NCBI GenBank assembly: GCA_965205485.1
Contig: OZ242180.1
Coordinates: 4,032,001 to 4,096,000, forward strand
Reading direction: 5' to 3'
Length of the DNA stretch: 64,000 nt
From: Candidatus Latescibacterota bacterium
GTDB taxonomy: Bacteria; Latescibacterota; UBA2968; GCA-2709665
The first letter of the stretch is position 1. Each line of letters starts with the position of its first letter. The notes under the pieces were generated by a model that did no database searches, was not told the DNA's origin, and worked only from the letters and a program-made list of their open reading frames with translations. The translations under genes were made by a program, and so were the position numbers. Positions 18,779 to 27,223 of this stretch are shown one piece after another.

Positions 18779-20236
18779 ATGCCCATCCCGCCCGAGGCAA
18801 CCCGGGTTTCGCCCACCCTGTGGGAGATCCCGACTTCATTCAAGAAGGGCATGCGGGTCCCGGCGCGAATTTACGCAACGCGAAAGCTGATGGCGGAAAT
18901 GGACCGCGGCGTCATCGACCAGGTGACCAACGTGGCCACGCTGCCGGGCATCCTGAACTATGCCTTCTGCATGCCGGACGGGCACTGGGGATACGGTTTT
19001 CCAATTGGCGGGGTCGCTGCAATGGACGTCGAGCGGGGGGTGATCTCGCCCGGGGGCATCGGCTTCGACGTCAACTGCGGAATGCGTCTGGTGACCACCA
19101 ATCTGACGTACGACGAGGTCAGGCCCCACCTCAGGAAACTCGTGGACCGTCTGTTCGACCGCGTGCCGGCGGGTGTGGGGAGTACGGGTTTTCTGAAGAT
19201 CTCACACGACGAGTTTCGAACGGTCGTGCAGGAGGGGGCGCGGTGGTGCGTTGAGAATCACTTCGGGTGGCGGGAGGATCTCGAGCGGACCGAGGAAAGT
19301 GGCTGCGTTTCGGGCGCGGACGCGGCGAAAATCAGCCGAAAGGCGGTGGAGCGGGGTTTCAACCAGATCGGTACGCTCGGTTCGGGGAACCACTACCTCG
19401 AAATCCAGGTTGCAAGACCCGGCCAGGTGTTCGACGAGGCCGCAGCCCGGGCATTCGGCATTACGCTTCCAAACCAGGTTGTTGTGATGTTTCACTGCGG
19501 CAGCCGGGGTTTCGGCCACCAGGTGGCGACCGACTATCTTCGGGTTTTTCTAAAGGTGATGCAGAAGAAATACGGCATTTCAATCCGGGACCGCGAACTC
19601 GCGTGCGCGCCGTTTCAGTCCCCGGAGGGCCAAGACTATTTCGCCGCAATGAAGTGCGCGATCAACATGTCCTTCGCGAACCGGCAGGTGATTCTTCATC
19701 GTATCCGGGAGGTGTTCTCAGACGTATTGAAACGCAGTCCCGAAGAGATGGAGATGCGCCAGGTGTACGACGTGGCGCACAACACCGCCAAGCTCGAGCG
19801 ACACGTGGTCGATGGCCGGCATCGCACGGTGCTCGTTCACCGCAAAGGCGCGACCCGGGCATTCGGTCCGGATATGGACGGCGTTCCCGACGGATTCAAG
19901 GCTCACGGTCAGCCGGTGATCATCGGCGGCAGCATGGAGACCGGTTCTTATCTGCTTGCGGGGTCGCCGGACGGAGGCCAGGCGTTTTTCTCCACGGCTC
20001 ACGGCAGCGGACGGACGATGAGTCGCACGAAGGCGCGCAAGCAATTTCACGGCAAGCGGCTTCAGAAGGAGATGGAAGCCCGGGGCATCTACGTCAGGTC
20101 CGTCTCCTTTGCGGGCCTCGCGGAAGAGGCGGGCGGCGCGTACAAGGACATCGACGAGGTCATCGAAGCCACACAGAAGGCGGGTCTCAGCCGCCGCGTC
20201 GTGCGTTTCTCTCCCATCGGCAACGTAAAGGGGTAA
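18779..20236 (+). CDS. rtcB: RtcB RNA 2',3'-cyclic phosphate/3'-P ligase (archaeal/eukaryotic-like length)
   Basis: MPDGHWGYGFPIGG, GFDVNCG, GSGNHYLE, HCGSRG, AHN, VHRKGAT, STAHGSGR, EEA..AYK, terminal KG. Confidence 0.96.
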   Translation: MPIPPEATRVSPTLWEIPTSFKKGMRVPARIYATRKLMAEMDRGVIDQVTNVATLPGILNYAFCMPDGHWGYGFPIGGVAAMDVERGVISPGGIGFDVNCGMRLVTTNLTYDEVRPHLRKLVDRLFDRVPAGVGSTGFLKISHDEFRTVVQEGARWCVENHFGWREDLERTEESGCVSGADAAKISRKAVERGFNQIGTLGSGNHYLEIQVARPGQVFDEAAARAFGITLPNQVVVMFHCGSRGFGHQVATDYLRVFLKVMQKKYGISIRDRELACAPFQSPEGQDYFAAMKCAINMSFANRQVILHRIREVFSDVLKRSPEEMEMRQVYDVAHNTAKLERHVVDGRHRTVLVHRKGATRAFGPDMDGVPDGFKAHGQPVIIGGSMETGSYLLAGSPDGGQAFFSTAHGSGRTMSRTKARKQFHGKRLQKEMEARGIYVRSVSFAGLAEEAGGAYKDIDEVIEATQKAGLSRRVVRFSPIGNVKG

Positions 20237-20238
20237 CC

Positions 20239-21198
20239 GTGACGGAAGACCGCGTTCGTGAGCCTGATTCCGAGCCGCCGACGGACGCAGGGTCGAAGGA
20301 ATACGAGAAAATGAAGATCTCCATGATCCTGATTGCAGGTTCGCTGGGAAGCGGCAAGACCACGCTGCTGCGCCACCTGGTGGCGCGCGCCGACCGGCGG
20401 ATCGCGATTCTGATGAATGAATTCGGTGAGATCGCCATCGACAGCAAGATCGTGGAGGGCGAACATATTCGTATGACCGAACTCGCGGGAGGTTGCGTCT
20501 GTTGTTCTCTTGCAGGTGAATTCGAGGAAGCGGTCAGGGAAATCGTCGAGACGGTGCGTCCCGAACTCATCGTGGTTGAAACCACCGGCGTCGCGGAACC
20601 GGATGCGGTCATCTTCGACGTGGAGGACAACCTTCATGGCGTTCGCATGGACAGTGTGGTCGTGATCGCGGACGCGGACCTCATGGTGCGATTTCCCGAC
20701 CTGGGATACGTGACCACCACCCAGTTCGAATCCGCGGATTTGATCCTGTTGAACAAAGTGGACCTCGTCACGCCCGGCCAGCTCGACGCCGTCGAAGCAC
20801 AATTGGAGCGCGTGAATCCCGAGGCGTCCATCGTGCGCACTTTGAAATGCGCGGTGGACATTGGGCTTCTGTTCGGTGTAATCGAGAAGGGTCAGAGGCA
20901 CTTGCGCACACGGGTAACGCATACCGGTCTTGTGGAAATCGACAGCTTCGATTTCGTTTCCGATATGCCCGTGGACCGCGTGAAATTCGAACGTCTCGCG
21001 GAGAATCTGCCAAAGTCCGTGTACCGCTCGAAGGGATTCCTGCGATGCGTCGATGCCGCATTTCTCTTCAATTTCGCGGGGGGCAGATGGACGTTGGAAC
21101 CCTTTGAAGCAGACCGAACGGAACTCGTCTTCATCGGCAGGGGCGCGGCGGAAGCGCGGGTGAGGGTTCTGGCGGAACTCGAAGCCTGTCGGGTGTAG
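20239..21198 (+). CDS. COG0523/CobW family G3E metallochaperone GTPase
   Basis: GSLGSGKT, NEFGE, GGCVCC, ETTG, NKVD, RSKG, LVFIG; start GTG 20239 or ATG 20311. Confidence 0.9.
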   Translation: MTEDRVREPDSEPPTDAGSKEYEKMKISMILIAGSLGSGKTTLLRHLVARADRRIAILMNEFGEIAIDSKIVEGEHIRMTELAGGCVCCSLAGEFEEAVREIVETVRPELIVVETTGVAEPDAVIFDVEDNLHGVRMDSVVVIADADLMVRFPDLGYVTTTQFESADLILLNKVDLVTPGQLDAVEAQLERVNPEASIVRTLKCAVDIGLLFGVIEKGQRHLRTRVTHTGLVEIDSFDFVSDMPVDRVKFERLAENLPKSVYRSKGFLRCVDAAFLFNFAGGRWTLEPFEADRTELVFIGRGAAEARVRVLAELEACRV

Positions 21199-21217
21199 CC
21201 ACGGAAGGGATGCCGCA

Positions 21218-21649
21218 GTGTCATATCGGTTTATTGAAGATATCGCGATCGCGGACGTGGCTTTCGAAGCCTGGGGCGAAGATCTCGGCGGGGTACTTCG
21301 CGCGGCCGCGGAAGCAACGCTGAACGTTATGGTTTCGGACCTGGATTCCGTGGCGCCGAGAGAACGGCGAACCGTGAAGCTCGAGGCCGAAGAACCCGAC
21401 TTGCTGCTGTTCGATTTTCTGCAGGAAGTGATCTTTTTCAAGGATGCGAATCGGCTTCTTCTGAGGCCCGCGAACGTCGTCGTGGAAGCCCATGAGAGCG
21501 TCTTCAAGGTGTCGGCGGACCTTGTTGGCGAAGAACTGGATATGGAACGCCACGACCTGATCGTGGACGTGAAGGCCGTCACGCTTCACCGGTTCGTCGT
21601 GGAACGCGTCAAGGGGCGGTGGCGGGCGTTTGTTGTCCTGGATATCTGA
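21218..21649 (+). CDS. Archease (RtcB activator)
   Basis: YRFIEDIAIADVAFEAWG, LLFDFLQE, DVKAVTLH, terminal VLDI. Confidence 0.9.
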   Translation: MSYRFIEDIAIADVAFEAWGEDLGGVLRAAAEATLNVMVSDLDSVAPRERRTVKLEAEEPDLLLFDFLQEVIFFKDANRLLLRPANVVVEAHESVFKVSADLVGEELDMERHDLIVDVKAVTLHRFVVERVKGRWRAFVVLDI

Positions 21650-21650
21650 A

Positions 21651-22262
21651 ATGAGAGTCGGCGCCCTCGTGTTGTGTGGTGGACGAAGCCGAAGAATGGG
21701 AACGTCGAAGGCCTGGTTGCGATTCGGCGAAGAATACCTGCTCCAGCGCGTGGTACGTTCGCTCAAGGGCACGCTCGAACCCGTGTTCGTGGTTTCCGCG
21801 CGGGGGCAACGGCTACCGCGCCTTCCCGACAGCGTTGAAATCATCCGGGACCGGGTGCCCGACAGGGGACCGCTGGAGGCGCTGGCGGCCGGACTCGAAG
21901 CGATATCCCGACACGCCGATACGGCATTCGTCTGCGGGTGCGACGCGCCCTTTCTGCGACCGGAATTCGTGCTTCGCCTGGTGCAGATCGCAAGTGAAGC
22001 GGATATTACCGTGCCGCACGCCAACGGCCGTCTCCATCCGCTTGCAGCCGTTTATCGGGTGTCGGTATTGCCACGGATTCAGGAAATGCTGGATGCCGGC
22101 GCCCTCCGGCTCACGACGTTGACGGAACGTTGCGACTGCCGCAGCGTGCCCGGTTCCGCATTACGGGATGTAGACCCTGAACTGGAGTCACTGCGAAATA
22201 TCAACACGCCCGAGGAATACAGCAACGCGCTCTCAACCGCCGGCATCCTCCGCGGGGATTGA
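21651..22262 (+). CDS. mobA: Molybdenum cofactor guanylyltransferase
   Basis: LCGGRSRRMG..KA, GPLE, CDAPF, HPLAAVY, NINTPEE. Confidence 0.85.
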   Translation: MRVGALVLCGGRSRRMGTSKAWLRFGEEYLLQRVVRSLKGTLEPVFVVSARGQRLPRLPDSVEIIRDRVPDRGPLEALAAGLEAISRHADTAFVCGCDAPFLRPEFVLRLVQIASEADITVPHANGRLHPLAAVYRVSVLPRIQEMLDAGALRLTTLTERCDCRSVPGSALRDVDPELESLRNINTPEEYSNALSTAGILRGD

Positions 22263-22407
22263 TCGGCCCGGGGAATCTTGGTATATTGAATCCGGTTGCC
22301 CGCGCGTCTGCCGGGTGGTTGGTCGACGATCGGTTGGGTCGGACGAAGATGCGAGCGCAGACTGGCACAGCAAATTACAATATCGTCATCATTTCAGGGA
22401 GGGCACT

Positions 22408-22710
22408 ATGCACGAGGACAAAACTCTGGTCACCGAGGATGAAATCCGGGAAGCGCTGAAGGGATTGGAAGGCTGGGAATACGACGGGGAAAACAGGGCG
22501 ATTCAGCGAGTATGGAAGTTCCAGAAATTCGTTCCGACGATGGCATTCGTGCGCACGATTACCCGGGTCATGGACAGCAACAACCATCACTCGGACCTCA
22601 ATCTGGACAGCAGGACCAAGACCCTCACGGTTACGGTGACGACGCACAGCGAAAACGCCGTCACAAGGGCCGACCTCGATTTTGCCAGCGCATTGAATGC
22701 TGCGGAATAG
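22408..22710 (+). CDS. Pterin-4-alpha-carbinolamine dehydratase family protein
   Basis: NHH motif, TTHS, T.AD; ATG after GGGAGG. Confidence 0.8.
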   Translation: MHEDKTLVTEDEIREALKGLEGWEYDGENRAIQRVWKFQKFVPTMAFVRTITRVMDSNNHHSDLNLDSRTKTLTVTVTTHSENAVTRADLDFASALNAAE

Positions 22711-22833
22711 CCGGTGAGTTTACATCTGCCGGATGGCGATTGGACTTGCAAAATCGGGAAAAGTTCGTTATGTTAAGGTGACACTTCAAATGCGTCTTTC
22801 CCGTTGACAAGCAAAGGAAAAGGAGATATTCGA

Positions 22834-23196
22834 ATGGGTAATCCCGCGATTACCGCTTATCTCAAGCCCCAATGCGGATGGAGCCGGGGCATTCGGGCGG
22901 TGCTGGCCAAGTACGGGCTCGAATACGTAGACAAGGACATTATCAACGTTCCTGAAAACTACGAAGAAATGGTTCGCAAGAGCGGCCAGCCTCTACAGCC
23001 CACGCTGGACTTCGACGGGCAGATCCTTGCCGATATCAGCGGGGAGGAACTGGAAGCCTATCTGGTCAATAGCGGATATCGGCCTGCCGGTCCCGAGCCC
23101 GGCGTTCCCACCGACAGTGCCTGTACGGACGAGGAACACGAGGCCATGGCGAGGCCTCAGCAGGTGGTTTTCTTCAATAACAGGACAGGAAATTGA
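22834..23196 (+). CDS. Monothiol glutaredoxin-like protein (CGWS)
   Basis: YLKPQCGWS, KSGQPLQPT; ATG after AAGGAG. Confidence 0.75.
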   Translation: MGNPAITAYLKPQCGWSRGIRAVLAKYGLEYVDKDIINVPENYEEMVRKSGQPLQPTLDFDGQILADISGEELEAYLVNSGYRPAGPEPGVPTDSACTDEEHEAMARPQQVVFFNNRTGN

Positions 23197-23220
23197 CGTA
23201 CAGGGTCCAGATTGATCCAT

Positions 23221-23253
23221 AAAAGAGGCGGCCCCATCGGGACCGCCTCTTTT
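23221..23253 (+). terminator. Rho-independent terminator
   Basis: AAAAGAGGCGG...CCGCCTCTTTT hairpin after glutaredoxin. Confidence 0.8.
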
Positions 23254-23278
23254 GCATGGGTGCGCCGAAGGCGAAACA

Positions 23279-24040
23279 ATGGGATTCAAATCGGGTCTCG
23301 CAGCTTGTAATCAGGCGGGCGCGGAACGGCTGCTCTTCGAAGAAATCGCAGCGTGCGACAGCTGCGAACGGTTGGTCGACTTCAGGGCGACGTTCAAATC
23401 CCCGGAAAATCGGCGGGCGGACGTCGGCGGCTACTGGGCAAAACCGGTGCCGGGATTCGGCGATGCGTCGGGCCGGCTGCTCGTTATCGGTCTTGCACCG
23501 GGTGCCCATGGGGCGAACCGCACCGGCAGACCGTTTACAGGCGACTCCGCCGGTAATGTGCTCTACGGCGCGCTATACCGGCACGGATTCAGCAATCGAC
23601 CGGAATCCACCCATCCGGACGACGGTCTTGAACTCAAAGGCGTCTACATAACAAACGCCGTAAAGTGCGTCCCCCCCGCGAACAGGCCGAACGGCGGCGA
23701 GAAACGCGCCTGCCTTGACTGGCTGCGAATGGAGGCGGAACGGTTGCGGGGTACCCGCGTTGTGCTTGCGATGGGGAGAGACGCGTTCGAGGCCTACCTG
23801 CGACTCCTGAAGGCGGAAGGTATCATCGAGAGGTTGGGGCCGTACCCGTTCACGCACGGCGGAACGTATCGGTTCGACCGCGATTCCAGGATTCTGGTTG
23901 CCAGTTACCACTTCAGCCGTTACAATATGAACACGGGAACGCTCACGGAGCAGATGGTTGAGGAATTGTTCCTGGCGGTGAATCGCCTGCTGGCGGATCC
24001 AGACCGGAATCGCGGGATCAGTGTTTTGTCCCGGACGTAG
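23279..24040 (+). CDS. Uracil-DNA glycosylase family 5 (UdgB-like, Fe-S cysteines)
   Basis: GLAPGAHGANRTGRPFTGD, CDSC, KCVPP, SYHFS..N. Confidence 0.9.
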   Translation: MGFKSGLAACNQAGAERLLFEEIAACDSCERLVDFRATFKSPENRRADVGGYWAKPVPGFGDASGRLLVIGLAPGAHGANRTGRPFTGDSAGNVLYGALYRHGFSNRPESTHPDDGLELKGVYITNAVKCVPPANRPNGGEKRACLDWLRMEAERLRGTRVVLAMGRDAFEAYLRLLKAEGIIERLGPYPFTHGGTYRFDRDSRILVASYHFSRYNMNTGTLTEQMVEELFLAVNRLLADPDRNRGISVLSRT

Positions 24041-24078
24041 ATAGCCTGATTCCAGCCGACGAGTCGCTTGTCCGGCAA

Positions 24079-24204
24079 CCCTTCCACGGGCTGAGGAACC
24101 AGGGTGTAATCCCTAAGCCGCTCCCTGAGCTTGTCGAAGGGTCGGCGAAGGGATGTAGATTGGCCCCTTGCGGATCGTGAAACGCGGGCATTTCGACAAG
24201 CTCA
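24079..24204. repeat. REP-like inverted repeat cluster between convergent udg and hpt
   Basis: TGAGCTTGTCGAA 24126-24138 / TTCGACAAGCTCA 24192-24204 perfect 13-bp IR; degenerate third copy 24079-24096. Confidence 0.7.
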
Positions 24205-24244
24205 ATGACCGCGTTTCAGCGAGAGAGGCTACTCCGAGAGCTTC

Positions 24245-24886
24245 CTAAGGTCCGGTTCTTTTCGGCGGTGTCGTGCGATCTTGTTGTCCCGACGTCTCAA
24301 GATTCCTCAATGCCGCGATGTACGGGAGATTCCGGTACCGCTGGTCGTAGTCCAGGCCGTATCCGACGACGAATTCGTCGGGGACCGTGAAGCCGACGTA
24401 GTCGAGCGATACGTCAACGACCCGACGGGCGGGCTTGTCGAGGAGGCTGCACACCTTCAGGTTTCGAGGGCGCCTTGTCGCCAGTATGCGCAAGAGGTAC
24501 TCCAGCGTGAGACCCGTATCGACGATGTCCTCCACTAGGAGCACGTCGGCGCCTGCGATATCCCGATCCAGATCCTTCAGGATTCTTACGACGCCTGAAC
24601 TCTGTGTCGACTTGCCGTAACTGGCGACCGATATATATTCGATCTCGGCAGCGATGGAGATCTCACGGGACAGGTCCGCCAGAAAGTAGAGGGCGCCCTT
24701 CAGGACCCCCAAAAGGATGACCGGACGTTCTGTATCGTCCGCCGGTTGCCATTCGCGGGCAAGCGGGCGGTCAGCGGAGGCGGCGCGGGCGGAGCGGAAG
24801 TCCGACGTGATCCTGGCGCCCAGTTGGCGGACCCTTTCCCTGATTCGAACGGCGGGGATCAGGACCTTCGGGTTGGTGACGGACAT
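24245..24886 (-). CDS. hpt: Hypoxanthine phosphoribosyltransferase
   Basis: GVLKGA, VLLVEDIVDTGLT, FVVGYGLDY..RNLPY. Confidence 0.95.
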   Translation of the reverse strand: MSVTNPKVLIPAVRIRERVRQLGARITSDFRSARAASADRPLAREWQPADDTERPVILLGVLKGALYFLADLSREISIAAEIEYISVASYGKSTQSSGVVRILKDLDRDIAGADVLLVEDIVDTGLTLEYLLRILATRRPRNLKVCSLLDKPARRVVDVSLDYVGFTVPDEFVVGYGLDYDQRYRNLPYIAALRNLETSGQQDRTTPPKRTGP

Positions 24887-25039
24887 GGAGAGACCGGGTA
24901 GACGCGGCATTTCAATCGTGTGGAATTCGCATTCGAATCCGTGAACCGCCCCAATGCGGTGCAGACGATTTAGTCCTTCACAATATAGGGGCCGGCAAAT
25001 GGTGTGGCAAACGGCCTTTGTAAACCGGTTGAGCGTGCG

Positions 25040-27097
25040 ATGAAACTGATACCAGGCTGGCGACTGGAACGGGCGAGGATACGCAAGTCAAGTCCGGCAT
25101 TCAGCAATGCGTACCGTCAACTGGAATCCGAAGCCAGGGCCTTCCTCGACGAAGGAATGCGCCCGCAGGATCACCCGGCGGGATACTACCACGACTATTT
25201 CTGCCCGGACCACGCCGTCGAACTCGAGTTTGACGCCGATTCGCCGAATGCGCATCGATGTCCCAAAGACGGTCGGGTATTCTCCGGCGAACCGTACGAT
25301 TCCGCCTGGCGCTGGTTTGTCAACAACAGACTGTCCGGCATGGCATACCGTCTCGCGCTGATGTGGCAGCTGGACGCTGACGCCGTATATCTGGCCAGAT
25401 GCAGAGAGATTCTGCTGGCTTACGCGGAGCGTTATCCGGGCTATCCGATTGAGCGTGAACTGCCGTATGGCTGGGGCAAGGTGGCGAACCATTCACTTGA
25501 CGAGGCGGTGTGGCTGATTCCCATCGCGAGGGCGTACGATCTGGTTCGGGAATTCTTGAATGCCCGGGAGCGGACGCTGATCGAAACCGACCTGCTCGCG
25601 CTTGCAGCGGAGCATATTCAGGGCCAGAAATTCCACCGCATTCACAACATCGAATGCTGGCACAATGCCGCAATGGCGGCGGTGGGGATCTGCCTGGACG
25701 ACGCGGGGTTTCAGAAGATGGCCCTGGAGGACAGGTTCGGATTCCGCCACCAGTTGCAGGAGGGTGTTCTTGACGACGGGATGTGGTGGGAGGGGTCTTC
25801 CAGCTATCACTTCTATACCCTCGCCGCCCTGATTGCCCACGTCCAGGTATCGGAAACCACCGGTGCGCGCCTGCACGACGACGACCGGCTCACGGCGATG
25901 TTCCGCGCGCCTGTCTCGCTGGCATATCCCGATTTCAGGCTCCCCGCCACCAACGATTGCTGGTATTTCTCCTCCCTGTTGGCGGACGTCTGTCACGGCG
26001 TGCCGCCAGCGGCGTCTTTCTATGAGGTGGCATACGGGTGGTACGACGAGCCGGTCTACGCCGGGATACTCGAACGCAACTATGCCGAAAAGCCTCGAAC
26101 GGCCGTGGAGTCGCTTCTATACGGCGAAGCGTTGCCCGACTCGGGCGGCGAATTCGATACGGGAAGCGCCGTACTGAAGCCGTCGGGTGTCGCCATCTTG
26201 AGATCCAGGGATGCGATCGAAGCACAAAGCTGCGTGCTTTTGAAATACGGCCCGCACGGCGGCGGGCACGGGCACCCCGACAAACTTTCGATTTCTTACT
26301 ACGCGCACGGCTTTCCGGTGGCCACGGACCTGGGCACGCCCGGTTACGGCGTCGACCTGAACGAGACCTGGTATCGGCAGACGCTAAGCCATAACACCGT
26401 GACGGTAAACGGTCGCTCCCAGCCTCCGGCGGAAGGGCGCCTGGTGAATCTCGACCTACATCGCGCCGACGGTTTCGAAGTGGTCGATGCCATGGTCGCA
26501 TGGGAGCGTGACCCGTATGCGGGGGTTGGCATGCGCCGTGTGATTCTCTGGACGGATGCCTACTTCTGGGATCTGTTCCACGTGGTGGCGCCGCAGGAAT
26601 GCCGGCTGGATTGGATCTGCAGGTACCAGGCCGACCGTCAAGGGCACAGGGGTCTCTCGCGTCTCGGGACGGTTGCACTTTCCGGGGACGGATATGGCCA
26701 CGTCCGGCAGCCGGTTGAATACATACCCGAGGAAACGGTTTCATTGCAATGGGGCCTGGCGAAGGGTGGGGCAGGGGTATTCCTCCCGGAAGAAACAGGC
26801 ACACGTGTCATCCTGGCAAAAGCGCCGCTCCAGCACGCGTCCGAAACCGGCGATCTGCTCATCCGCAGTCGAACCGCCCGTGAGACAACCTTTGTTGCGC
26901 TTGTGCATCACTGGGACACGGAGCCCGCCGTCAGCCGCGTCACGGCCGTTGGACCGGATGGAGCGGGCGGGGCTCGCGGATTCCTGGTGCGGGCAGGGAC
27001 GGAGACGCATCTCTGGGCCGTTTCGGAAGATGTCCCGGATCTCTCCGGCATCGCGGTCGACCGGACGTTTTCTTACCCGCTGCAGTCGCCGGCCTGA
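25040..27097 (+). CDS. Alginate lyase/heparinase II-III family protein (PL17-like)
   Basis: SLDEAVW, HNIECW, WWEGSSSYH, HGGGHGHPDKL, DLGT, WYRQTLSHNTV. Confidence 0.8.
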   Translation: MKLIPGWRLERARIRKSSPAFSNAYRQLESEARAFLDEGMRPQDHPAGYYHDYFCPDHAVELEFDADSPNAHRCPKDGRVFSGEPYDSAWRWFVNNRLSGMAYRLALMWQLDADAVYLARCREILLAYAERYPGYPIERELPYGWGKVANHSLDEAVWLIPIARAYDLVREFLNARERTLIETDLLALAAEHIQGQKFHRIHNIECWHNAAMAAVGICLDDAGFQKMALEDRFGFRHQLQEGVLDDGMWWEGSSSYHFYTLAALIAHVQVSETTGARLHDDDRLTAMFRAPVSLAYPDFRLPATNDCWYFSSLLADVCHGVPPAASFYEVAYGWYDEPVYAGILERNYAEKPRTAVESLLYGEALPDSGGEFDTGSAVLKPSGVAILRSRDAIEAQSCVLLKYGPHGGGHGHPDKLSISYYAHGFPVATDLGTPGYGVDLNETWYRQTLSHNTVTVNGRSQPPAEGRLVNLDLHRADGFEVVDAMVAWERDPYAGVGMRRVILWTDAYFWDLFHVVAPQECRLDWICRYQADRQGHRGLSRLGTVALSGDGYGHVRQPVEYIPEETVSLQWGLAKGGAGVFLPEETGTRVILAKAPLQHASETGDLLIRSRTARETTFVALVHHWDTEPAVSRVTAVGPDGAGGARGFLVRAGTETHLWAVSEDVPDLSGIAVDRTFSYPLQSPA

Positions 27098-27223
27098 CAG
27101 GGGTTATTGCCGTTTGCATTTTTCCATGTGTTCGTTATTTTTTCCTGTCTCCAGCATCCGGTGGGCGGGAATCGCCGGCGGACGTTCGTGATAAATCACA
27201 TTAAACCAGAGAGATAACCTGCT

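Noticed and set aside
19267..20226. N-terminal half of the 643-aa ORF
   Set aside because: Arg/Gly/Pro-rich alternative frame of rtcB; only the part from 20239 is a recognisable protein
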